A stretch of DNA of 64,000 bases from a bacterium (GTDB lineage: Bacteria > Patescibacteriota > Minisyncoccia > UBA6257 > UBA9933), in NCBI GenBank assembly GCA_030693235.1, contig JAUYBE010000006.1, positions 2,758-66,757 of the forward strand, in the 5' to 3' direction. This document shows positions 54,006 through 64,000 of the stretch, piece by piece. Every line of letters begins with the position of its first letter. The first letter of the stretch is position 1. A program made the translations under genes and the position numbers. The notes below the pieces were generated by a model. The model was not told the origin of the DNA. It saw nothing but the letters and a program-made list of their open reading frames with translations, and did not search any database.

Positions 54006-55873
54006 TGTTTAAAAAGGAATTATTTTTAGAGGAAGCCGTTTTGGACGACCTTTCGCGGGGTTTTGATTCTTTGGAGCAGCCTATTTCTCGGAAGGCTTTT
54101 AAATTGCTTTTTATTGCCGCTGTTATCGTTATAACCGTAGTTATAGCCAGATTATTTTTTTTGGGTTGGTGGCAGAATGATTTTTATAAAAAACGGGCGT
54201 TGGCCAATGCCGGAGAGATGACCGTTATTCGGACTCAGCGGGGGATTATTTTTGACCGTTTTAACAAGCCCTTGGTCAAAAACCTTCCGGCTTTTCATTT
54301 AAATCTTAAACTCGTCGAGTTTTTCAAAAATAGCGAAGAGCGGCCTCAGACGATAAAAGCTCTTCAGAGTATTCTTAATTTGCCGCCTGATTATATAGAA
54401 GATTTGTTTAAAAACGTTAACTTGGAGAGGCAAAATATTTTAACCGTCGCCAGGCAATTAACAGTTGACCAAATAATTAAAATTAAAAATTTAAATTTGC
54501 CGGCGGTTCAAGTAGAAGACGATTTTGAAAGGCAATATCCCGAAGTGGAAGTTTTTTCTCATCTCCTTGGTTATACCGGGCCGGTCAGCAAAGCCGATTT
54601 GGGGAAAAAATCGTCGCTTTCTTTGAATGATATTGTCGGCAAAAACGGTTTGGAGCTTTATTATGATACGGAATTGAGAGGGGAAGACGGAGAAACGATT
54701 AATTATCGGAATGCCAAAGGAGAAATTATAGACAATAAATTATTTAAAAAGCCGGAGCCGGGCCATGAATTTCATATTACGATTGACGCCGAATTTCAAT
54801 CTTTTTTTTATAATCGATTGAAGCAAGGATTGAATTATTTGGGAAGCCGGGCCGGCGTGGGAATCGCTTTAAATCCCCAAAACGGAGAAGTTTTGGCCTT
54901 GGTCAGTTTGCCGAGTTTTGATAATAATAAAATCAAATCGGAAGATTTAGTTGATTCTTCCAAGCCGCTTTTTAACCGCGCCGTTTCCGGATTTTACGCG
55001 CCGGGTTCAACGATTAAACCTTTAGTGGCTTTTGGGGCTTTGAAAGAGGGAATTATCGCGCCGGAAAAAGAAATCCTTTCAATCGGCTATATAGAAATTC
55101 CCAATCCTTATCATCCGGATCAGCCTTCCCGTTTTGTGGATTGGAAGCCGCACGGCTGGGTAAATTTATATTCGGCTCTGGCTCGTTCTTCAAATGTTTA
55201 TTTTTATGAAATCGGCGGGGGATTTGGCGATCAAAAAGGATTGGGAATCGAGAAATTGAAAGATTATTGGCAAAAATTCGGCTTGGGAGATCTTACCGGT
55301 ATTGATTTGCCGGGCGAAGCCAAAGGATTTCTTCCTGATCCGGAAACCAAAGAAAAAAAACAAGGAGAAATTTGGCGGATAGGCGACACTTACAATGTTT
55401 CTATCGGCCAGGGCGATCTTTTAGTGACTCCGCTTCAGCTTATTAATTTTATTGCCGCTATCGCCAATGGCGGGAAAATTTATCAGCCGTTTATTGTTCA
55501 AAAGATTGTTTCGGAAGACGGAAAAGTCATTAAAGAAACAAATCCAAAAATTATAAAAGATTATTCTTTAGATATTGAAATAATCAAGAAAGTCCAGAAA
55601 GGAATGATTGATGGCGTTGAAAAATCTTACGGCACGTCTCATCTTTTGGCTGGTTTGCCGGTATCGGTTGCCGGTAAAACCGGCACTTCGCAGGTTGAAA
55701 ACAAAACTAAAACAAACGCTTTTTTCGTCGGATACAGTCCAAAAGAAAATCCTCAAATCGCGATTCTGGTTTTAGTCGAAGACGCCCGCGAAGGCAGCAT
55801 TAACACAGTCCCGATAGCCAAAGACGCGCTTAATTGGTATTATACAAATAGAATAAAGAATAATGAATTATGA
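54006..55873 (+). CDS. Penicillin-binding protein 2 / FtsI-type transpeptidase (the track ORF starts at 53891 inside pheS)
   Basis: An N-terminal TM anchor is followed by 'PGSTIKPLVAFGAL' (SxxK), 'ARSSNVYF' (SxN) and 'AGKTGTSQ' (KTG). Confidence 0.85.
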
Positions 55874-56874
55874 ATTCTGAATTACGACAAGACCTTGTTT
55901 CCGGCGATTGGGTTGTAATCGTGCCGAAAAGGGTTAAGCGATTAGAACAATTTATTAAAAAAGAAAAACGAATTAAGTCGCCGATTAAGGGGTGTCCTTT
56001 TGAAAATCCGCAAAAAAGCGGGAACGAACAGCCGACTCTAATATACCCTCAAAACTCAAAACTCAAAACTCAAAACTTTTCTGGTTGGCAGGTACAGGTG
56101 ATTCCTAATAAATATCCGGCTCTTATTCGTAAAAATGTTTGTCCGGCAGTTCTTAAAAACGGCCCTTATTCAGTTATTGAAGGCATTGGCCATCACGATT
56201 TAGTTATAACCAGAGATCACCATAAAAATTTTCCGCTGTTGGACAAAAAATCGGCCAATTTGGTTTTTCAGGCTTTTCAAGAGCGTTATCGGATTCTTAT
56301 TAAAGATTCTTGTTCGGCTTATGTTTCTATTTTTCATAATTGGGGGCCGAAGGCCGGCGCTTCAATTTATCACCCGCATTATCAGATAATTTCTATTCCG
56401 GTTGTTCCGCCGGATATCGGCCATTCGCTTTCCGGTTCGGCTGATTATTTCAAAAAAAATAAAAAATGCGTTCATTGCGTAATGATTGAATGGGAAAAGA
56501 GAATAAAAAAGAGAATCGTTTATGAAAATAAAGGCGCTATTGTTTTTACTCCTTTTGTTTCCCGCGAACCGTTTGAATTGAGAATCTTTCCCAAAAAACA
56601 CCTGCCTTGTTTTGAAGACACTTCAAAACAAGATTTGGAATTGGTTGTTGAAGCTTTACAAAAAGCTTTGACGAAGATTGAAATCAAACTCAATGATCCG
56701 GATTATAATTTTTTCATTCATACGGCGCCGATTTTAAACAAGAAAAATTACAAGCATTATCACTGGCATATTGAAATTCAGCCGAAAATCAGCATCTCGG
56801 CCGGATTTGAACTGGGAACAGGAATTGAAATTACCGTCGTTGACCCGGATGAAGCGGCGAGGATATTGAGGTAA
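55870..56874 (+). CDS. Galactose-1-phosphate uridylyltransferase-like (GalT / HIT-fold nucleotidyltransferase)
   Basis: 'GCPFENP' (Zn site), 'SIYHPHYQII' (HxHxQ active-site motif) and a C-terminal 'YHWHIEIQP'. It contains an (AAAACTC)4 insertion at 56051-56078. Confidence 0.65.
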   Translation: MNSELRQDLVSGDWVVIVPKRVKRLEQFIKKEKRIKSPIKGCPFENPQKSGNEQPTLIYPQNSKLKTQNFSGWQVQVIPNKYPALIRKNVCPAVLKNGPYSVIEGIGHHDLVITRDHHKNFPLLDKKSANLVFQAFQERYRILIKDSCSAYVSIFHNWGPKAGASIYHPHYQIISIPVVPPDIGHSLSGSADYFKKNKKCVHCVMIEWEKRIKKRIVYENKGAIVFTPFVSREPFELRIFPKKHLPCFEDTSKQDLELVVEALQKALTKIEIKLNDPDYNFFIHTAPILNKKNYKHYHWHIEIQPKISISAGFELGTGIEITVVDPDEAARILR

Positions 56875-56891
56875 AGCGTGAATTATAAATT

Positions 56892-57338
56892 ATGGAAAAA
56901 GAAATTTTAACAATTTTAATTGCCGCCTCGCCAGTTTCGGAATTAAGAGGAGCGATTCCGGCAGCTATTTTCTTCTGGGATTTTCCGGCGTTAAAAGCGT
57001 TTTTATTAAGCGTCTTCGGAAATTTTCTGCCGGTTATACCACTTCTTCTTTTTTTAAAATATCTTACCGGCTGGTTGTCTCACCGGGTTTATTTTTTAAA
57101 TAGATTTTTCAGTTGGCTCTTTGAAAGAACCAGAAAACAGCACAATCATCATTTTGAGGTCTGGAAAGAATTAGCGCTGATAATATTTGTTGCCATTCCT
57201 CTGCCTTTGACCGGCGCTTGGGGCGGAACAGTGGCGGCTTTTGTTTTTGGTATTCCTCTTCACCGCGCGATTTTAGACATTGGTTTGGGAATTTTAATCT
57301 CCGGTTTAATTGTTTTGTCCATTACATATGTTTTATAA
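56892..57338 (+). CDS. Small membrane protein (COG2426-like)
   Basis: It has four predicted TM helices. Confidence 0.4.
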   Translation: MEKEILTILIAASPVSELRGAIPAAIFFWDFPALKAFLLSVFGNFLPVIPLLLFLKYLTGWLSHRVYFLNRFFSWLFERTRKQHNHHFEVWKELALIIFVAIPLPLTGAWGGTVAAFVFGIPLHRAILDIGLGILISGLIVLSITYVL

Positions 57339-60015
57339 TCAAACTTTTTCCGAGGTTTTGGAATTTTTAAAATCAAGCGAAAGGGGATTGACCCAGGAAG
57401 AAGCGGAAAAGCGCTTGAAGGATTGCGGCCTTAATGAACTGCCGGAAGCCAAACCTGACAGTCTTTTTATTATTTTTATCCGTCAGTTTCAAAGCCCTTT
57501 GATTTATATTTTATTTGGCGCGGCTTTGATTGTTTTTTATTTAGGCGAAATGATTGACGGTTCGATTATTTTGGCGGTTCTTTTATTTAACGCTTTTGTT
57601 GGTATGCTTCAGGAAGGGAAAGCGCAAAACACTTTATCGGCTTTAAAAAAATTCGTTGAAACCAAAGCTTTGATTTTGCGCGACGGAAAAGAAATTATTA
57701 TTTCCGATTCCCGAATAGCGCCCGGTGATATTATTCTTCTTCAGGAAGGAGAAAAGGCGCCGGCTGACGCCAGAGTAATCGTCTCTAATAATCTTAAAAT
57801 TGATCAGGCTGCCTTGACCGGTGAATCAGAGCCGGTTTTTAAAACAGTGGAACCTATTCATCAAAAAGACATGCCATTTATTGACCAGAAAAATATGGTT
57901 TTTAAAGGAACTTATATTGTTAGTGGCAATGGTCAGGCGGTAGCGGTTAACACCGGCGTCAATACGATAATTGGCAAGATCGGCCAAAAAATCGCTTTAA
58001 TTGACACGGAAATACCGCTTAAAAAAGACATTCGCCAGCTCTCGCGGCTTATCATTTTTACGGTCGCTTTAATCAGCGTTATTTTGTTTGCCGTCGGCAT
58101 TTTTTTCGGAAAATCTTTGATAGAAATGTTCAAGGTTGTGGTCGCTCTTTCGGTTTCTATAATTCCCGAAGGATTGCCGGTGGTTATTACCTTGGTTTTG
58201 GCCACCGGTGTTTGGCGGATGGCAAAACGCAATGCTTTGGTCAAACGGCTTCAGGCGGTTGAGGCCTTGGGACAAACAAAAATCATCGCTCTTGATAAAA
58301 CCGGAACAATCACGAAAAATGAATTGGCGATTCAAAAAGTTTTTATCAATGGTAAATTTTTTGAGATTGGCGGAGTCGGTTATGAGCCGAAAGGAGACAT
58401 CTATTATATTCCCGATGCGAAACAACGAATAGATGCGAATGCCGCGAATGAAAACAAAGAAAAACAATTAATCTCCCCGCCTGATTTTGAAGAACTGATT
58501 CTTGCCGGGAAAATAGCGGCTTTTTGTTCCAACGCCTATGTTTTTTATTCGGAAGAAGACAAGAATTATAAAATCAGCGGCGACCCGACCGAAGCCGCGA
58601 TTTTGGTTTTCAGTCAAAAAATCGGTTTTCAGAAAGAAATCATTGAAAAACAGCATCCGCTTATTGAAGAAATCCCCTTTGATTATAAAAATAAATATCG
58701 TTTTACGCTGCGTCAATCGGATGCTAATAAATTCGCGTCTATCATCGGCGCGCCGGAGTCGGTGCTTTCTTTATGCAAACTCGCAAAAAAAGAAAAAGAA
58801 AATTTAGAAAATATTTTTTATAAAATGTCAGCCGAAGGACTGCGGGTTTTGGCTTTTGCTTATAAAGAGGCCGGCCCTAAAATAAAAATTGAACCCGAGA
58901 AAACGAAATTTGTTTTCGCTGGATTTTATGGAATGAGGGACGGTTTAAGAGAAGAAGCCAAAGAAGCGATTAAACAGGCGCAGGAAGCGGGCATCAGAAT
59001 AATAATGATTACCGGCGACCATAAAATTACCGCCCAAGCAATCGCCAAAGAAGCGGGAATTTTCAAAGAAGGCGATGAGATTTTAACCGGTAAAGATTTA
59101 GAAGAAATTTCCGAAGAAGAACTTATTTTAAAACTGCCGAAAGTTTCGGTTTTCGCCAGAGTAACGCCTGAACATAAATTAAGAATTATTGAGGCCTATC
59201 GGAAAAGAAAAGAAATTATCGCGATGACCGGCGACGGCGTCAATGACGCGCCTTCTTTGGTGGCGGCTGATTTGGGAGTGGCAATGGGTAAAATCGGCAC
59301 CGAGGTTGCCAAAGAAGCGTCTGACATTATTCTTTTGGATGACAATTTTGGCACAATTATTTCGGCTATTGAAGAGGGAAGGAGTATTTATAAGACGATT
59401 AAAAAGGTGATTGTATATCTTTTTTCCACAAGCTTGGGCGAGGTTTTAACTATTAGCATCGCTCTTTTTTCCGGCTATCCTTTGCCGCTTTTAGCAGGTC
59501 AGATTATTTGGTTAAATTTTATCACTGATGGTTTTTTGGTTGTGGCTTTAGGAATGGAGCCGAAAGAAAAAGGATTGCTTCATCTGAAATTCAAAAAACC
59601 GGCAAGATATTTAGTTGATTCATTAATGGTTCAGCGAATGGCAGTGATGGCTTTGCCGATGTCCATCGGCAGCTTTTTTATTTTTCAGAAATACTTGGAT
59701 TTTGATTTAACTAAAGCTTTGACGATGTGTTTGACTACGTTGGCGATTTTTCAATGGTTTAACGCTTTTAATTGCCGTTCGGAAAACAAGTCAATTTTTC
59801 GGATGAACTTTTTCTCCAATAAGTGGCTGCTCGCCGCGGCGTTTATTGTTGTTTTTCTTCAACTAATGGCGGTTTATAATCCGATAATGCAAAAAATTTT
59901 GCGCACCACTGCTTTGGAATTTTCCGACTGGCTGATTGCCATCGCTATTGCTTTTTCTATTATAATAATTGAAGAATTTAGAAAAGTAGTTTACAGGAAG
60001 TTTGCGAAAAGTTAA
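57310..60015 (+). CDS. P-type cation-transporting ATPase (type II, Ca2+/Mg2+-like)
   Basis: 'DKTGTITKN', 'MITGDH' and 'TGDGVNDAPSL', with 10 TM segments. Confidence 0.9.
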   Translation: MFCPLHMFYNQTFSEVLEFLKSSERGLTQEEAEKRLKDCGLNELPEAKPDSLFIIFIRQFQSPLIYILFGAALIVFYLGEMIDGSIILAVLLFNAFVGMLQEGKAQNTLSALKKFVETKALILRDGKEIIISDSRIAPGDIILLQEGEKAPADARVIVSNNLKIDQAALTGESEPVFKTVEPIHQKDMPFIDQKNMVFKGTYIVSGNGQAVAVNTGVNTIIGKIGQKIALIDTEIPLKKDIRQLSRLIIFTVALISVILFAVGIFFGKSLIEMFKVVVALSVSIIPEGLPVVITLVLATGVWRMAKRNALVKRLQAVEALGQTKIIALDKTGTITKNELAIQKVFINGKFFEIGGVGYEPKGDIYYIPDAKQRIDANAANENKEKQLISPPDFEELILAGKIAAFCSNAYVFYSEEDKNYKISGDPTEAAILVFSQKIGFQKEIIEKQHPLIEEIPFDYKNKYRFTLRQSDANKFASIIGAPESVLSLCKLAKKEKENLENIFYKMSAEGLRVLAFAYKEAGPKIKIEPEKTKFVFAGFYGMRDGLREEAKEAIKQAQEAGIRIIMITGDHKITAQAIAKEAGIFKEGDEILTGKDLEEISEEELILKLPKVSVFARVTPEHKLRIIEAYRKRKEIIAMTGDGVNDAPSLVAADLGVAMGKIGTEVAKEASDIILLDDNFGTIISAIEEGRSIYKTIKKVIVYLFSTSLGEVLTISIALFSGYPLPLLAGQIIWLNFITDGFLVVALGMEPKEKGLLHLKFKKPARYLVDSLMVQRMAVMALPMSIGSFFIFQKYLDFDLTKALTMCLTTLAIFQWFNAFNCRSENKSIFRMNFFSNKWLLAAAFIVVFLQLMAVYNPIMQKILRTTALEFSDWLIAIAIAFSIIIIEEFRKVVYRKFAKS

Positions 60016-60024
60016 AATGATTTT

Positions 60025-60891
60025 ATGAGCGCTAAAAAACTTTTAATTTTCAATTGGAAAATGGCGCCGGACTCGCTAAAAGAAGCGATTTCGCTTTTTG
60101 AGCGAACGCGGACTTGCGCGGACAAAACGCGGAATCACGCAGAAACAATTATTGCTCCGCCGTTTGTTTATCTATCAAATTTGTCAAAAGTCAAAAGTTC
60201 TCTCTTCGGGAGATCTCCCGTAGGGAGACAAAAGTCAAAAGTTGCGCTGGCTGCCCAGAATGTTTTCTGGGAAGACAGCGTCGCTTATACTGGTGAAATT
60301 TCAGCGAGTATGCTAAAAGATTTAGGCGTGGAATATGCGATTATCGGACATTCAGAAAGGCGGAAATATTTATCCGCCGAAGGCGGATTCGCCTCTGGCG
60401 GAAACGAAACAGATAAGATGATTAACAAAAAAATTCTGGCGTCATTGAAAGCGGGATTGAAAGTAATTCTCTGTGTCGGTGAACCGACACAACGCGGACA
60501 AACGCGGACTGAACGCGGACTGACGCGGAATATAAAATGGGCGAAAAATTATGTTAAAAATCAATTAGAAAAAGATTTAAAAAATTTAATCCAAAACCTA
60601 AAACCTAAAACCCAAAACCTAATTATTGCCTACGAGCCCCTCTGGTCCATCGGCACCGGCCATTCGGACGCGCCGCAAGACGCGGCAGAAATGATAAATT
60701 TTATTAAAAATATTCTAAAAGCTAAAACCTATAACCTAAAACCTAAGGTTTTGTATGGCGGCTCCGTTAATTCCAAAAACATCGCCAAATTTCTAAAGCA
60801 TCCCGAAATCGACGGCGCGCTTGTCGGTCACGCGAGTTTGAAACCCAAAGAAGTTAAAGCTATTATTGAAATAGCGTCGAAAATGTGCTAA
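60025..60891 (+). CDS. tpiA: Triosephosphate isomerase carrying four in-frame repeat insertions
   Basis: 'IIGHSERR' and 'AYEPLWSIGTGHSDAP' (TIM signature). It has extra segments at 60183-60243, 60490-60536, 60593-60620 and 60724-60744. Confidence 0.85.
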   Translation: MSAKKLLIFNWKMAPDSLKEAISLFERTRTCADKTRNHAETIIAPPFVYLSNLSKVKSSLFGRSPVGRQKSKVALAAQNVFWEDSVAYTGEISASMLKDLGVEYAIIGHSERRKYLSAEGGFASGGNETDKMINKKILASLKAGLKVILCVGEPTQRGQTRTERGLTRNIKWAKNYVKNQLEKDLKNLIQNLKPKTQNLIIAYEPLWSIGTGHSDAPQDAAEMINFIKNILKAKTYNLKPKVLYGGSVNSKNIAKFLKHPEIDGALVGHASLKPKEVKAIIEIASKMC

Positions 60892-60903
60892 AATGCGGTC
60901 ATT

Positions 60904-61932
60904 ATGGACACAAAATCACTTATTCAACAAATTGAAAAAGCGCGTAATTCTCACGTTATTACTTATTTAACCAGCGACAGACCCGGCCCGATTAACGCCC
61001 GCGTGGCAATGGATATTATTCCGATTATCAGCAAACAACTTCAAACAATCGGCAAAACGCAAAATATTGATTTGTTTTTATATAGCGCGGGCGGGGACAC
61101 GATGGTTCCGTGGCGGTTGGTTTCGATGATTCGCGAGTATTGCGACAAGTTTTCGGTTTTAATTCCTTACAAGGCGCACAGCGCGGCAACGATGATCGCG
61201 CTCGGAGCAGATGAAATTGTAATGAGCGATCTTTCGGAACTTTCGCCGATTGACCCTTCAACCGCCAATGTTTTTAATCCTTCAGACCCGCAAAATCCGC
61301 AGAATAAAATTCCGATTTCGGTTGAAGACGTGATGGCGTACTTTGATTTGGCAAAAAACAAATTCGGCATTAAAAATGATGAACAGTTAGCGGCGATATT
61401 TAATAAATTCGTGGAGTCAAATCCGCAGATTCATCCTTTGGCGCTCGGTAATGTCAACCGCATTCATAATTTAATCCGCATACTCGCCAAACGGCTTTTG
61501 AAAAGCCACAAATCGTCGATGAAAGACGACGAGATCGAAAAAATAGTTGATTATTTCACGGAAAAATTATATTCGCACCAGTATTTCATCGGTCGTAAAG
61601 AAGCTAAAGAGGATTTGGGATTAAAAAATGTCCAATACGCGGACAGCGAATTGTCAAAGACGATGATCGATTTATACGAAGAATATAAAAATGAAATGGG
61701 ACTGGGAATGAATATCTGGAATCCGGAAAACGAACTTGGACAAAACGCTATGCAAAATAAAAAAGATTATAAAATCGCCTTTATTGAAAGCCGGCAGTTA
61801 TCCAGCTATTTCGAGCTTTCAATTGATTACCGAAAACAGCAGGTTAATGTTGTTCAACAAACTCCGCAAGGCCCGATTCAAGTTCCGCAGGAGCAAGTGG
61901 GATTTAGAATCGTCGGCCAGGGATGGAAGTAA
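60904..61932 (+). CDS. SDH-family (serine dehydrogenase proteinase, ClpP/crotonase-fold S49-like) protease
   Basis: 'YLTSDRPG...DLFLYSAGGD...AHSAATMIALGADEIVMSDLSELSPIDP'. Confidence 0.65.
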   Translation: MDTKSLIQQIEKARNSHVITYLTSDRPGPINARVAMDIIPIISKQLQTIGKTQNIDLFLYSAGGDTMVPWRLVSMIREYCDKFSVLIPYKAHSAATMIALGADEIVMSDLSELSPIDPSTANVFNPSDPQNPQNKIPISVEDVMAYFDLAKNKFGIKNDEQLAAIFNKFVESNPQIHPLALGNVNRIHNLIRILAKRLLKSHKSSMKDDEIEKIVDYFTEKLYSHQYFIGRKEAKEDLGLKNVQYADSELSKTMIDLYEEYKNEMGLGMNIWNPENELGQNAMQNKKDYKIAFIESRQLSSYFELSIDYRKQQVNVVQQTPQGPIQVPQEQVGFRIVGQGWK

Positions 61933-62244
61933 TTTATGAATTATAGGGGTGGGGGCAAATTGCCACCCTCCTTATTAATACCAATAGAAGGCGGGCCTCA
62001 AAAGACGAATTGCGCTGATACAAAAGGCATATTTTGGAAAAACGTTTGGGCAAATCGATGATTTCAAAAGATAATTTTAAGAAATTAAACAGTAGAAAAA
62101 TGTTAAAATAAAACCTCGCGCGAATTGTCGGGTAAGGGCGAAGGTAAAGCGAGCAAAGTGATTGACTCAACATTGCTTTTTGGATAAAAATATGGTAAGA
62201 TATAGTAAATTTCACATTATGAAAAATAATAATTTTATAATTTT

Positions 62245-63990
62245 ATGGCTATGAAATTTGATGCCGAAGACAAGGCGTTAGTTGACATTCTCAACGGCAA
62301 AGAAAAATATAAAATACCTAGATATCAAAGACCTTATTCTTGGACTACAGATGAGGTGTCTGACTTGTGGAATGACTTAAAGGAAGGGGAATCAGTTTTT
62401 TTGGGATCTTTCGTATTTAATTATGAAAAATACGATGAAGATGGTTTCGTAGAGGTTATAGATGGACAACAACGATTGATAACCTTAACAATACTAATGG
62501 CGGTTTTAAGAGATATTTACAAAGAATTAGGAGAAGATAGAAAATCTAATAGAACCCAAGATATAATAGGCTTTTCCGACCCGATTACACTAAAAGAAGA
62601 ATACAGATTGAAATGTGGAGATACTTTAAATAAATTTTTTAGTGAAAATATTCAAAAAGAAAATTCTAATATTCTTATAACTAAGGCCAAAGGAAGAGAG
62701 GAAAAAGCAATAAAAGAGAACTATAAATTTTTAAGAGACGGAATAAGCGATGAGCTAAGACAGTTGTCTGAAAAAACCAGAAAAATTCAATATATAGATG
62801 ATTTAAAGAAAAGAATTTTTGATTTTAAGATAATCTGGATAAAAATTGAAAATGATGAAGATGCTTATTCTATTTTTGAAACCGTCAATGCTCGAGGTGC
62901 TGATCTAACTGCGGCGGATCTTTTAAAAAATTATCTTTTCAGTAAATTGCCCGGAAAGGAAGGAAAGGAAAAGGGAATAGATCTTGCAAAAGACATATGG
63001 TCAACGATAGAAAATAATGTTGAAAGCGCGAAAGGCCCCCTAAATGTTTCTAAATTTATAAGATATTTTTGGCTTTCAAAGTATTCTTTCGTATCAGAAA
63101 AAAAGCTTTACAAAGAGGTAAAAAGAACGATAGGCGATCCAAGTATCTTCTTATTAGATATTTCTAATGCGTCAGAATATTATTATAAAATAGCCAACGA
63201 TTCAATAAGTATTAATGATTGGTCAGAAGATTTCGTTGATAAAAAAATAGCGCAAAGAATAATTGAAACATTAAACGGATTGAGGACAATGGGTATTACA
63301 CAGTGTTATTCTCTGCTTTTTTGTCTATTATTAAACAAAGATAAAATTAATTTCGATTTTAGTGATGTTTTTAAAACTATCGAAAAATATCACTTTGCCT
63401 ATTCGGCTGTTTGTAAGCTTTCTGGTAATGTTGTTGAAAGGTTATATTTCAATACTTCAAGGGACATACAAGAAGCATTAAAAATAGCAGATTCTAAAAA
63501 AAGAACTAAAAATATCCAAAGAGCGCTTTCTAATTTCAAGAATAAACTAGATTATCCAACCAAAGATTTCTTTGTCGAGAAATTTATGGATCTTGAGTAC
63601 AGAAATTACCCTTTGGTTATTTACATACTCTCAAACATAGAAAGAGCCATTGGAATAGCGGAAGAAAAATCTATTAATTTTACAAAAGTAAATATCGAAC
63701 ATATTTTACCCCAAGATCCTACTGCGTGGAAACTTTCCAAAAAGGACATCAAAGATTATGTCAATAAATTAGGTAATTTAACTTTGATTTCCAAAAAGAT
63801 TAATGGGCCTATGGGAAACAAACCATTAAAGAAGAAAGTAGAATTATTTAAAGAGTCAGAATTAAATATTAATAACGAATTAGTTAAGAAATTTGAAGTA
63901 TTGAAATATAAATGGGGTGAGAAAGAAATTATTGACAGACAGAAAGAGTTAGCAAAGTTTGCCTATGATGTTGTTTGGAAATTTAAATAA
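62245..63990 (+). CDS. GmrSD-like type IV restriction endonuclease family protein (DUF262 + DUF1524)
   Basis: The N-terminal 'IPRYQRPYSW...VIDGQQRLITL' is the DUF262 DGQQR motif. The C-terminal 'NIEHILPQDP...LGNLTLISKKIN' is the DUF1524 His-Me finger. Confidence 0.75.
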   Translation: MAMKFDAEDKALVDILNGKEKYKIPRYQRPYSWTTDEVSDLWNDLKEGESVFLGSFVFNYEKYDEDGFVEVIDGQQRLITLTILMAVLRDIYKELGEDRKSNRTQDIIGFSDPITLKEEYRLKCGDTLNKFFSENIQKENSNILITKAKGREEKAIKENYKFLRDGISDELRQLSEKTRKIQYIDDLKKRIFDFKIIWIKIENDEDAYSIFETVNARGADLTAADLLKNYLFSKLPGKEGKEKGIDLAKDIWSTIENNVESAKGPLNVSKFIRYFWLSKYSFVSEKKLYKEVKRTIGDPSIFLLDISNASEYYYKIANDSISINDWSEDFVDKKIAQRIIETLNGLRTMGITQCYSLLFCLLLNKDKINFDFSDVFKTIEKYHFAYSAVCKLSGNVVERLYFNTSRDIQEALKIADSKKRTKNIQRALSNFKNKLDYPTKDFFVEKFMDLEYRNYPLVIYILSNIERAIGIAEEKSINFTKVNIEHILPQDPTAWKLSKKDIKDYVNKLGNLTLISKKINGPMGNKPLKKKVELFKESELNINNELVKKFEVLKYKWGEKEIIDRQKELAKFAYDVVWKFK

Positions 63991-64000
63991 TTATCTAGCC

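Noticed and set aside
47729-60744. Heptamer tandem arrays as possible CRISPR arrays
   Set aside because: The units are 7 nt with no spacers and no cas genes. They are in-frame coding repeats, not repeat-spacer arrays.

Overview
This 64 kb window is AT-rich with compact, mostly co-directional genes, consistent with a CPR/Patescibacteria-like bacterium, though that assignment is an inference. It splits into two halves.

Positions 1-28,600 form a large, decayed accessory/defence island containing:
- an NPPF adenine methyltransferase, a DUF262-HNH nuclease and a membrane alpha/beta-hydrolase;
- a truncated 3' copy of hsdM;
- a Hanks-type Ser/Thr kinase fused to a TGT/DpdA-like (tRNA-guanine transglycosylase fold) domain, with a convergent PD-(D/E)xK nuclease;
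- a membrane-anchored Mrr-cat nuclease flanked by 26-bp direct repeats;
- a GC-rich 190-bp island;
- a NYN nuclease;
- an internal beta-class methyltransferase fragment;
- two PanA-like (HTH + DUF4065) toxin-antitoxin pairs;
- a GT4 glycosyltransferase/glycosidase cluster;
- radC;
- a GC-richer type I RM locus: hsdR, a Fic insertion, hsdM carrying a +1 frameshift, and hsdS. A HigB / HTH-ImmA peptidase / Beta-protein-like cassette and an antisense MmcB-like nuclease sit between hsdM and hsdS;
- a secreted thermonuclease.

Positions 28,600-64,000 are mostly core genes: cspA, ppiB, rluB-like, ATP-dependent DNA ligase, gatCA, tyrS, murD, pheS, a PBP, galT-like, a P-type ATPase, tpiA, and three tRNAs. 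Two accessory-looking units are embedded here:
- a kinase / GT2 / Nudix glycosylation cassette flanked by a duplicated promoter-leader;
- a CYTH + SLOG-like pair. There is also a split PEP-utilising / histidine-phosphatase / PPDK_N triad.

The window ends with an SDH-type protease and a GmrSD-like DUF262-DUF1524 gene.

The most unusual signal at small scale is a family of in-frame heptanucleotide tandem repeats, (AAAACCT)n and relatives. Together with palindromic mini-insertions, they sit inside conserved housekeeping genes (gatA, pheS, galT, tpiA, murD, the ATPase). One of these repeat arrays coincides with a frameshift that splits pheS.

No rRNA, CRISPR array, integrase or transposase was seen.
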